NCBI GenBank assembly: GCA_964622195.1
Contig: CAZUOQ010000007.1
Span: forward strand, 19,895-43,894
Length of the DNA: 24,000 nt
Direction: 5' to 3'
Origin: an uncultured Methylotenera sp.
GTDB taxonomy: Bacteria; Pseudomonadota; Gammaproteobacteria; Burkholderiales; Methylophilaceae
Shown: positions 1 to 8,015 of the stretch, piece by piece
How positions within the stretch are numbered: position 1 is the stretch's first letter
Layout: each line of letters starts with the position of its first letter
The notes under the pieces: model-generated
The model's database searches: none
Seen by the model: only the letters and a program-made list of their open reading frames with translations
What the model was told of the DNA's origin: nothing
Program-made: the position numbers and the translations under genes

Positions 1-3000
1 GAAGCCTGCAGTGGCGGTTACTGGGATTGGAATATCCAGACAGGAAAGGCGACCTTTAGCCCGGCCTATTCGCGGATGCTGGGTTACGAGCCCGAAGAGT
101 TTGCCAAGAATTACGAGGCATGGGGTGTCATTGTTCATCCTGATGATATTGCGATGGTGCGGCAGGCACATGCTGATCACTTCTCTTCAAATAAGGAATT
201 TTCCATTGAATTCCGTATGCGAAGGAAAGATGGCAGTTGGCATTGGGTACACAGCCGTGCACTCCTGATAGAACGTGATAGCCAAGGTAACCCGCTGAGA
301 ATGGTGGGCACGCATAATGACATTCAGGCACGCAAAATAGCCGAACTGGCACTGCGCGAGAATGAGATGAAGTATCGCACGCTGTTCGAGACTGCTGATG
401 ATGCAATTCTGCTGTTTAATATTAACCAGGTGACTGACTGCAATGCCTCTGCGTTGAGGGTTTACGGTTGCACCCGGGACCAGATTATCGGGGCACATCC
501 CAGCAGGTTCTCTCCCCCGACACAGCCCGATGGCCGGCCTTCAGTAGAATCAGCTAGCGAGAAAATCAGCCTTGCATTTGCAGGTAAGCCGCAAGCATTC
601 GAATGGGTACACAGTCGGCCCGATGGAACACTGTTTGACGCTGAAGTCCATCTGAACAAAATTGATCTGGGAGGCCAGCCGTTCATCCAGGCAATTGTCC
701 GCGACGTATCTTTCCGCAAGCATGCAGAAGAAGCGCTGAAGAAGAGTGAAGAACGCTTCAAGTTGAGTATGGAGGCCACCAACGATGGCTTGTGGGATTG
801 GAATGCAGAAACAAATGAGGTCTACTACAGTCCGTCGTGTTATCACATGCTGAACTATGAAGTTGGTGATTTTCCCGGCACCCTTAAAGGTTGGCAGGAC
901 CTGCTTCATCCTGATGATATTGAACATGCCATGCAAGTCAACATGGACTGCGTTGAAGGCCGCAGAGAAGCGTTTGCAGTTGAGTATCGCTTGAAAGCCA
1001 AGAGCGGGGAATGGCGCTGGATACTGGGTCGAGGTAAAAGTATTACACGTGACAAGCAGGGGCGCTCACTGCGGCTGGTCGGAACAAATGCTGACATTAC
1101 TGCGCGTAAGGAGGCACAGGCAAGAATCTTGAAATTGTCCCGGCTCTATGACACGCTCAGTCAGATCAACGCGACCATTGTGCACAGTACAAATCAGGAA
1201 GACCTCTTTCGTAATGTCTGCAAGGGAGTTGTAAAGCATGGGAAGTTTCTCATGGCATGGGTGGGTCTGGTGGACGAGGCAACGCATAGCGTTCAGCCTG
1301 TATTCCATGATGGTGCCGAGCAGGGTTACTTGACGAATATTTCCATCAGCGTGGATGATGTTCCGGTGGGTCGCGGGCCGACGGGTACTTCGATCCGCGA
1401 AAACCGTGTGGTCTATGTGAATGATTACGCCACCGAGGCGCGAGTAAAGCCTTGGCATGAAGCGGCCTTGAAGCGTGGCTTTTATGGAGCTGCAGCAATA
1501 CCGTTACGCTTCAGGGGTAAAACAATCGGGGCGCTGACCATGTATTCAGGGGAGCTGGATTTTTTTGATGCTGAGCTATTGGCATTGCTGGATGAAATGT
1601 CCACTGACATTTCCTTTGCGCTGGATAACTTTGCCCGCGAAGCCGAGCGTAAGCTCGCGGAAGAAAATCTGCGCGAGAGTGAATTGCGTTTCCGCATACT
1701 GATTGACCGGGCGCCAGTTGCTATTGGCGTTTCTAGAGACGGAAAGGCGATGTATGTAAATAAGGAATACCTGGATTTATTCGGGCTTGAATACACTGAG
1801 GAAGTTGTCGGGCGCTCCATAGGCGAGTTTTGGTCTCCCGAGAGTCGGGCGGTTATACTGGAGCGCGCCCGGCAACGTTCTCTTGGTATGCCTGTACCCA
1901 AGAATTACGAGGGAATCGCGCAACGCAAAGATGGTTCCTTTTTTCCTGCGCAGGTGACTGTCACGCAGTTGGAACTCCCTGATGGCCTCGCAACAATCGG
2001 CTTTATTACCGATATCACTGAGCGTATTAAATACGAAAATACGTTAACCAAGTATCAATATGAATTAGAGGAGCTTGTAGAGCAGCGTACTTCGGAGCTG
2101 GAGGCTGCAAGAATTCAGGCTGAGTTGGCAAGTCAAGCCAAAAGTATTTTTCTTTCCAATATGAGCCACGAATTGCGAACGCCTCTGAATTCGGTCATCG
2201 GGTATTCGCAACTGCTGATGCGGGACGCAGCTTTTGATAGTCATCAGAAGACGAATCTGGACACTATTTATAATTCGGCAAACCACCTTCTTAACCTGAT
2301 TAACTCTGTGCTGGAATTATCAAAAATCGAGGCCGGCGCCACATCGCTAAAACTGGAATATGCTGATGTCAGGTCTATCGTTGTTGATGTTGTTGAAATG
2401 ATGCGAGTGAGGTCTGATGAAAAAAATATTCAACTAGTACTCGATATCGATGCATTCCCCTCCATAGTGCTTATTGACGCATTTAAACTAAAACAAGTTT
2501 TACTGAATTTGTTAAGTAATGCCATTAAATTTACCAACGAGGGCAAGGTAACGCTTAGGGTGAATGCTAGACCACAAAAGAACCATAAAATAAATATAAG
2601 TTTTTATGTGATTGATACTGGAATAGGAATTCCAGCAGATGAATTAACCCGCATATTCAGTCCATTTGTTCAGCTTGATTCGCCAACCAATCACACCGGC
2701 ACCGGACTTGGTTTGTCGATCAGCAAGAAATTTATTGAGGCGATGGGAGGAGAGATCAAAGTTGAGTCCAATGAAAATGCAGGTTCGCAATTCTTTTTTT
2801 CGCTGAATCTGGCCGTTGGTGATAAAGAAGTTGAAGTTAGGGAAAATACGTTTTCCTGGGCCGAATTTGAAAATTCAGGTAAAGGACAGCGTATTCTGGT
2901 GGTTGATGATACAGAAGGGTCTCGCAGGTTATTAGCGCTATTACTTAACCCGCTGGGAGCTGATATTGTGGAGGCTAAAAGTGGGAATGAAGCTAAGCTG

Positions 3001-3504
3001 AGAATTGCAGAAGCAGTGCCGGATTTGATTTTTATGGATTGGCGCATGAGTGATGGTGATGGATTGTCCACAATTAAATGGCTGCGGGCACAGCCTGTTA
3101 AGCAACCTAAGGTTGTGATGATGACTGCCAACGCTTTTTCGGAGGATCAAGCCAAGGCATTCGAGGCAGGTGCCGATTACTTTTTAATCAAGCCTATCAA
3201 TGAAAACAGTTTGCATTTGATACTAGCAGACTTTCTGAACTTGAAACCCGCGAACGGCAAAACTGCCGCTTACGATCATGTTATTACTGACGACTCTTTA
3301 TATATTTCAATGCTTAAAGGATTAACGCAACATAAGCTGAATAATTTGACAGATGCAGCGATGCAGCTTGATATGAAAATGATAGGTCAGGCCATTAGTG
3401 ATATAGAAGATGAGCAGCCAGAGTTGGCAGATTATTTACATATGCTAAATAACTCTTTGCAATATAAGCGTCTATGGAATGTACTCGAAATATCAGGTTT
3501 TTAA
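1..3504 (+). CDS. Hybrid sensor histidine kinase/response regulator (PAS-PAS-PAS-GAF-PAS-HisKA-HATPase_c-REC plus an unassigned C-terminal helical tail); 5' partial
   Basis: Frame 1 is open to the window edge. Upstream of the listed Met it reads EACSGGYWDWNIQTGKATFSPAYSRMLGYEPEEF, a PAS core, so the gene starts off-window. PAS signatures recur (DGSWHWVHSRALL, SGEWRWILGRG, DGSFFPAQV). A GAF-like block contains GRGPTGTSIRE and GALTMYS. The H-box is SHELRTPLNSVIGYSQLL (His codon 2167-2169), with N-box LLSNAIKFT, G1 DTGIGIP and G2 GTGLGLS. The receiver shows ILVVDDTEGSRRLL, IFMDWRMSDGDG and VVMMTANA. Confidence 0.9.
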   Translation, partial: EACSGGYWDWNIQTGKATFSPAYSRMLGYEPEEFAKNYEAWGVIVHPDDIAMVRQAHADHFSSNKEFSIEFRMRRKDGSWHWVHSRALLIERDSQGNPLRMVGTHNDIQARKIAELALRENEMKYRTLFETADDAILLFNINQVTDCNASALRVYGCTRDQIIGAHPSRFSPPTQPDGRPSVESASEKISLAFAGKPQAFEWVHSRPDGTLFDAEVHLNKIDLGGQPFIQAIVRDVSFRKHAEEALKKSEERFKLSMEATNDGLWDWNAETNEVYYSPSCYHMLNYEVGDFPGTLKGWQDLLHPDDIEHAMQVNMDCVEGRREAFAVEYRLKAKSGEWRWILGRGKSITRDKQGRSLRLVGTNADITARKEAQARILKLSRLYDTLSQINATIVHSTNQEDLFRNVCKGVVKHGKFLMAWVGLVDEATHSVQPVFHDGAEQGYLTNISISVDDVPVGRGPTGTSIRENRVVYVNDYATEARVKPWHEAALKRGFYGAAAIPLRFRGKTIGALTMYSGELDFFDAELLALLDEMSTDISFALDNFAREAERKLAEENLRESELRFRILIDRAPVAIGVSRDGKAMYVNKEYLDLFGLEYTEEVVGRSIGEFWSPESRAVILERARQRSLGMPVPKNYEGIAQRKDGSFFPAQVTVTQLELPDGLATIGFITDITERIKYENTLTKYQYELEELVEQRTSELEAARIQAELASQAKSIFLSNMSHELRTPLNSVIGYSQLLMRDAAFDSHQKTNLDTIYNSANHLLNLINSVLELSKIEAGATSLKLEYADVRSIVVDVVEMMRVRSDEKNIQLVLDIDAFPSIVLIDAFKLKQVLLNLLSNAIKFTNEGKVTLRVNARPQKNHKINISFYVIDTGIGIPADELTRIFSPFVQLDSPTNHTGTGLGLSISKKFIEAMGGEIKVESNENAGSQFFFSLNLAVGDKEVEVRENTFSWAEFENSGKGQRILVVDDTEGSRRLLALLLNPLGADIVEAKSGNEAKLRIAEAVPDLIFMDWRMSDGDGLSTIKWLRAQPVKQPKVVMMTANAFSEDQAKAFEAGADYFLIKPINENSLHLILADFLNLKPANGKTAAYDHVITDDSLYISMLKGLTQHKLNNLTDAAMQLDMKMIGQAISDIEDEQPELADYLHMLNNSLQYKRLWNVLEISGF

Positions 3505-3508
3505 ATGA

Positions 3509-4681
3509 ATGACTAAAGGTATGGATTTGAATATTAATAATGATGCCAAAACGCTGGGTGAGATTCTTATTGTTGAGGATACGATTGAGTCATTGCAACT
3601 GCTGCAGCAAATCTTGTCAGATGCAGGCTACACTGTACGTTTGGCACAAGATGGTGCTATGGGCTTGCATTCAGTGCTCAGGAGTCAGCCGGATCTCATG
3701 TTGCTGGATATTAAAATGCCGGGTATTGATGGATATGAAGTTTGCCGACGCATGAAATCCAATCCCGAGACCGCCGGAATCCCCATTATTTTTCTTTCAG
3801 CTTTGCAAGACAAGTCATCTTTGCTGAAAGGGTTTGAGCTGGGCGCTGCAGACTATATTAATAAACCTTATCTGGCTGAAGAAGTGCTTGCTCGTGTTCA
3901 TACGCATATTGAACTTCAGCAATTACGCGTTGATTTAGAGGCTAAATTAAAAGCCAGAACCCAGAAATTGGAAACTGAGATCCTGGAGCGTGAAGAAATC
4001 GAAAATGCATTGCGCTTAAGTCAGACAAAACTGCGGAACCTGTCAGCACACCTTGAGGAGGTCCGTGAGAGTGAACGTGCCAGATTGGCGCGTGAGCTGC
4101 ATGATGAAATGGGGCAGGCTTTTACTGTGATGAAAATGGATATTGTTCGCTTATATGAAAGAAATGATCTGGATGGTGAATTTCTTAAAGACAGATTAAG
4201 CGTTTTACTTGGAGTTCTGGATCAAGTGGCAGATACTGCGCGTTCAATATCAGAAAACCTGCGGCCGGGAATGCTTGATGTGCTTGGTTTAAATGCCGCA
4301 GTCCAGTCCCACGTAGAAAAATTCATACTGTGTACAGGTATTAAGTGTTTATTAACGATGTCTCATGATGAATATGAATTTGATGACAAGCTTGCAACAG
4401 CTTTATTTCGTATTACTCAAGAGTCTTTAACCAATGTAGCAAAGCATGCAAAAGCGAAACAGGTTGAAATTCAGATTTTTAAGACGGACAATAGAGTGGC
4501 GCTGACCATACAAGATGATGGTATCGGTATGCTGGACTCGTACAGCAAGAATGGTTTTGGTCTGATTGGCATGCGTGAGCGTGTCAGAGCTTTTGGCGGC
4601 GAGTTTGTCCTCGACAGCAGGCCAGATTGCGGCACCCGTATTGAGGTGTATATTCCATTGCATGCAAAACTTGAACAATAA
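3509..4681 (+). CDS. Soluble receiver-fused histidine kinase (REC - coiled coil - HisKA_3 - HATPase_c; NarX/DegS-type kinase core)
   Basis: 390-aa ORF starting 4 nt after the upstream stop. The N-terminal receiver shows ILIVEDT, LMLLDIKMPGIDG and IIFLSA. A helical linker follows, then the HisKA_3 H-box ERARLARELHDEMGQ (His codon 4100-4102). The ATPase motifs are ESLTNVAKHA, DDGIGM and GFGLIGMRERV. I see no hydrophobic transmembrane segment. Confidence 0.88.
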   Translation: MTKGMDLNINNDAKTLGEILIVEDTIESLQLLQQILSDAGYTVRLAQDGAMGLHSVLRSQPDLMLLDIKMPGIDGYEVCRRMKSNPETAGIPIIFLSALQDKSSLLKGFELGAADYINKPYLAEEVLARVHTHIELQQLRVDLEAKLKARTQKLETEILEREEIENALRLSQTKLRNLSAHLEEVRESERARLARELHDEMGQAFTVMKMDIVRLYERNDLDGEFLKDRLSVLLGVLDQVADTARSISENLRPGMLDVLGLNAAVQSHVEKFILCTGIKCLLTMSHDEYEFDDKLATALFRITQESLTNVAKHAKAKQVEIQIFKTDNRVALTIQDDGIGMLDSYSKNGFGLIGMRERVRAFGGEFVLDSRPDCGTRIEVYIPLHAKLEQ

Positions 4682-4683
4682 AT

Positions 4684-5340
4684 ATGATTAAACGCATTAT
4701 CATCGCTGATGATCACCCCTTGGTACGTGAGGGGCTTAAGCATATATTATTGGCTAATCCAAATTATGTAGTAGCTGGAGAAGTTGGCGATGGACATCAG
4801 CTGCTTGCCGCTGTCATTGAAGACACATATGACATTGCCTTGGTTGATATGCTGATGCCGGGTAAGAATGGTATTGAATTAATCCAGCAGCTACGTCAGG
4901 AACGGCCTGAGTTAAGGATTCTGGTCATTAGTTCATACAAGGAAGATATTTACGCGGTTCGCACAATTCGCGCTGGTGCTTCCGGATATTTATGTAAAGA
5001 CCATGCCGCATCCGAATTGATCAGTGCCGTTAACAGGTTGGCTGCGGGCCGTATGTATATTACTGAGGATGTTGCAGAGCAGTTGGCGCTTGCCAGCATG
5101 CACACCGCACCGCTGAAGCAGCACAACTTATTATCAGATCGTGAATACCAGGTTTTCTTGAAGATCGCCTCAGGTAAAACCATGACCGCAATTGCAGAAG
5201 AGCTTAATTTAAGCCTCAAAACAGTGAGTACTTATAAAGCCCGTATCAATGAAAAAATGTCACTGCATAACTCGTTTGATATTGTCAGGTATGCTTTGGA
5301 ACATCATCTGCTTGTGAATGCCGAGAACGAAAGTAATTAA
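4684..5340 (+). CDS. NarL/FixJ (LuxR_C HTH) family two-component response regulator
   Basis: 218-aa ORF starting 2 nt after the upstream stop. The receiver shows IIIADDHPLVREGL, IALVDMLMPGKNG and ILVISS. The C-terminal LuxR-type HTH reads LSDREYQVFLKIASGKTMTAIAEELNLSLKTVSTYKARINEKM. Confidence 0.92.
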   Translation: MIKRIIIADDHPLVREGLKHILLANPNYVVAGEVGDGHQLLAAVIEDTYDIALVDMLMPGKNGIELIQQLRQERPELRILVISSYKEDIYAVRTIRAGASGYLCKDHAASELISAVNRLAAGRMYITEDVAEQLALASMHTAPLKQHNLLSDREYQVFLKIASGKTMTAIAEELNLSLKTVSTYKARINEKMSLHNSFDIVRYALEHHLLVNAENESN

Positions 5341-5473
5341 AAAAGCTGATCCCTTCATTTAGTAATGCATAACAGCGCTTCCTCGATTTAATCTCCAATT
5401 CTTAATAAATCCATCATATATTCGCTTAAAGCACTTGGTTACTTCGTACTTTAAGCGCAACCCTTCATCTGCG

Positions 5474-5503
5474 ATCAATTGTAGGAATATTCCTACAATT
5501 GAT
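5474..5503. promoter_or_regulatory. Perfect 30-bp palindrome (candidate operator) between the response-regulator gene and the adhesin gene
   Basis: atcaattgtaggaat|attcctacaattgat has 15+15 bp with no spacer and no mismatch. It lies 134 nt after the NarL-type regulator stop and 115 nt before the adhesin GTG. Confidence 0.6.
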
Positions 5504-5617
5504 AAGAGTGATCTTACAAATAAATCAGAATTTATCTGACTTCTTTGCTCTGAGTAAAAACAGATAATTAATTCAGGCTTGGTTAATTATTAAAAATAAT
5601 GAAAAGAGTGGATCAAA

Positions 5618-6307
5618 GTGAAAATTAATCCGAATAAAACAATTTATACGCTGGTTGCCGCAGCATTTGCGACTAACACAGGAGTTGCGAATGCTGCGCT
5701 AGTAAGTGCGTGTACCGGCGTCAGCTTACCAAAATCAGTGGTAACAGACATTGTTGGAACCGCTGTTACTCCTTTGGCCCAAACACTGGATACCGTGTTA
5801 TTCCCGATTACGGGGCTGCTTGGTTTAAGTACAAACCTGGGCACTACTTTAGGCACAATTGCAGCTGGCGATCCCATCGCATTGAATGTGCTGGATACCA
5901 GTGGTAACGTGGTTGACCCGACATTGGATCCAACATGCCAGACAACGGCTACCAGCTACCAGCTGGATACGCCCAAGGGCATTTCATTCGGTGGTAACCA
6001 GATTACCGGTCTGGGTGACGGCACCGTTGCCGATGCCGGCGAGATAAACTCGATTGCCATTGGTAATGCGGCAAGTACTGATGCTGCGGCATTGAATTCA
6101 ATTGCAATCGGCCCAAATGCAACCGTCGGTGCGGCTGGCACTGATTCGGTGGTGATTGGCAGCGGAGCCAGTGCCAACGTGGCAAACAGTGTGGTACTTG
6201 GTGCAGGCTCAACAGCTACCATCGGTGCCCAGACAGATTACAACGCTTATGGATTAACCGCGCCACAAACGTGTGGGCGAAGTTTCAGTAGGTTCCAGCG
6301 GGAATGA
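5618..6307 (+). CDS. Trimeric autotransporter adhesin (YadA/Hia family), N-terminal fragment: signal peptide plus first head. Interrupted by a frameshift and probably the same gene as 6273-7970
   Basis: GTG start. The signal-like N-terminus is KINPNKTIYTLVAAAFATNTGVANA. Hep_Hag-type head repeats are present (NSIAIGNAAS, NSIAIGPNATVG, DSVVIGSGASA, NSVVLGAGSTA). The ORF ends in out-of-frame junk (CGRSFSRFQRE*) exactly where the next frame picks up the expected neck motif. Confidence 0.85.
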   Translation: MKINPNKTIYTLVAAAFATNTGVANAALVSACTGVSLPKSVVTDIVGTAVTPLAQTLDTVLFPITGLLGLSTNLGTTLGTIAAGDPIALNVLDTSGNVVDPTLDPTCQTTATSYQLDTPKGISFGGNQITGLGDGTVADAGEINSIAIGNAASTDAAALNSIAIGPNATVGAAGTDSVVIGSGASANVANSVVLGAGSTATIGAQTDYNAYGLTAPQTCGRSFSRFQRE

Positions 6308-7970
6308 GCGTACCATTACCAATGTAGCAGCAGGCAGTGCCGGCACTGATGCCGTTAACGTGAATCAGTTGCAGGCGGTCAATGATGGTGCCGTGAAATA
6401 TGACACGGGCCTGCTTCTTGAAAAATCACTGATCACACTTGAGGGTGCGGCAACTACCGATGGCGGTACTACCAATGGCACCAGAATTACCAATCTGGCT
6501 AAAGGCGATATTAGCGTCAACAGCAGCGATGCCGTCAACGGCTCCCAGCTTTACAACATCACACAAGGCTTTACAACCAATATTGACAACCTGGGTAACA
6601 GTACCGCAACCAACCTCGGTGGCGGTGCGGTTTACGACCCCACTACCGGCATCATATCGGCACCGACTTATAATGTTTATGGCACCACACAAAATAATGT
6701 AGGTGATGCTATCACTGTTCTGCAAACGAATGCACCTTTGCAATATTCTGATTCTAACGGGGTAGCCACCCCTCTGGTGCCATCCAATGATGTGACTTTG
6801 GTTGGCGCTGCTGCCGGTCCGGTGCGCATTCATAATGTGGCAGATGGTGTTGATCCTAATGATGCTGTTAATATGAGTCAGCTCAGTGCGGTACAAACCG
6901 GTATTACTGATCTTGATGCACTCGCCGTCAAGTATGACAGCTCAACCAAAGATACCATCACTCTGGCAGGTCCAACGTCTACAGATGGCGGCGTGACTGG
7001 CGGCACGACGATAACCAATGTGCATCAGGGGGAGTTGAGCGCGACCAGTACCGATGCCGTGAATGGTGCGCAATTGTATGCAACCAATCAAACCATCCTC
7101 AATATTCAAAACGGCGGCGGTATTAAATATTTCCATGCTCATTCACCAGATTCGGTTGACTCTCAGGCCATAGGCAGCGGCAGTGTAGCAATAGGTTCAA
7201 CTTCAATGGCAACCGGAGCAGGAAGCATTGCTATGGGCTATAAAAGTCAAGCGACTAACACAGGGGCGATTGCGATTGGTGAAGACTCACTTTCCAGTGG
7301 TATCAATTCGATTGCTATCGGTACCGGAGCAGTTGCCACCGGTTCAGTCGCTGTTGGTGCTGGCGCGCAGGCTGGTAACGGTGGTGCCGCGTTTGGTGAC
7401 AACGCGATAGCGCTGACATCGCAACAGGGTACTGCATTAGGTAACGGTGCGACGGTCACTTCTGATACTGGTGTTGCCCTTGGTGCAGGTGCGCAGGCAA
7501 CGAGAGCCGGCATGAATGGCACTACAGAGAAGTACAGCAATGTTGCAGTTACCTCAACTGCGGGTGCGGTATCAGTAGGTTCGGCCGGTAATGAACGGCA
7601 AATCACTAACGTGGCTGGCGGTACTGCAGATACCGATGCCGTTAACGTGCGTCAGCTTGATGCTGCAATAGCGCAGACAAACCAGTACTACAGCAACCAG
7701 TTCTATAATCTGCGCTCCGAAATTGATAAAGTAGATAAAGATGCCAGTGCAGGTTCAGCGGCCTCAATGGCAATGGCCAGTATGCCGCAATCCGTGCTTC
7801 CCGGTAAGGCGATGTTGACTGCAGGTGTTGGACATTATGAAGGCCAGTCCGCCCTTGCTGTAGGTGTTTCTAACTTCTCGGAAAATGGGCGTTGGGTAGT
7901 CAATTTCAATGGTTCAGCCAATACACGGGGCAAGGTAGGGGCCGGTGTTGGTGTAGGTATTCACTGGTAG
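6273..7970 (+). CDS. Trimeric autotransporter adhesin, C-terminal fragment (neck/stalk, second head, YadA-type membrane anchor); continuation of 5618-6307 in a different frame
   Basis: It begins inside the neck motif VGEVSVGSSGNERTITNVAAGSAGTDAVNVNQL (6282-6371). A paralogous copy, VSVGSAGNERQITNVAGGTADTDAVNVRQL, lies at 7569-7658. DAVNG[SA]QLY stalk motifs and a second head (GSVAIG, GSIAMG, GAIAIG, NSIAIG) follow. The C-terminal anchor reads ASAGSAASMAMASMPQ...AGVGHYEGQSALAVGVS...GVGVGIHW. The fragment has no signal peptide of its own. Confidence 0.9.
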   Translation: MGEVSVGSSGNERTITNVAAGSAGTDAVNVNQLQAVNDGAVKYDTGLLLEKSLITLEGAATTDGGTTNGTRITNLAKGDISVNSSDAVNGSQLYNITQGFTTNIDNLGNSTATNLGGGAVYDPTTGIISAPTYNVYGTTQNNVGDAITVLQTNAPLQYSDSNGVATPLVPSNDVTLVGAAAGPVRIHNVADGVDPNDAVNMSQLSAVQTGITDLDALAVKYDSSTKDTITLAGPTSTDGGVTGGTTITNVHQGELSATSTDAVNGAQLYATNQTILNIQNGGGIKYFHAHSPDSVDSQAIGSGSVAIGSTSMATGAGSIAMGYKSQATNTGAIAIGEDSLSSGINSIAIGTGAVATGSVAVGAGAQAGNGGAAFGDNAIALTSQQGTALGNGATVTSDTGVALGAGAQATRAGMNGTTEKYSNVAVTSTAGAVSVGSAGNERQITNVAGGTADTDAVNVRQLDAAIAQTNQYYSNQFYNLRSEIDKVDKDASAGSAASMAMASMPQSVLPGKAMLTAGVGHYEGQSALAVGVSNFSENGRWVVNFNGSANTRGKVGAGVGVGIHW

Positions 7971-8015
7971 CCAGTTTTAAGCATCCGCAGATCAATAGCA
8001 TAGGAATTTTAATTC

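Noticed and set aside
11-936. Alternative-frame ORFs at the left edge (11-268 +, 128-406 -, 187-498 -, 462-782 -, 550-936 -)
   Set aside because: They overlap the PAS-domain reading frame that is open to the window edge and carries clear PAS motifs. None has independent support.
3220-3504. Calling the hybrid kinase C-terminus an Hpt domain
   Set aside because: No HxxKG-type phosphorylatable histidine motif is visible. It is kept as an unassigned helical tail and reported as a question instead.
5644-7606. Several long antisense or alternative-frame ORFs inside the adhesin gene (for example 5644-5877 -, 5956-6222 -, 6426-6896 -, 7247-7606 -, 6439-6702 +)
   Set aside because: They lie entirely within a strongly supported adhesin reading frame made of Gly/Ala/Thr-rich repeats. 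Such repeats generate stop-free shadow frames. Their translations are low-complexity, with no motifs, start context or signal.
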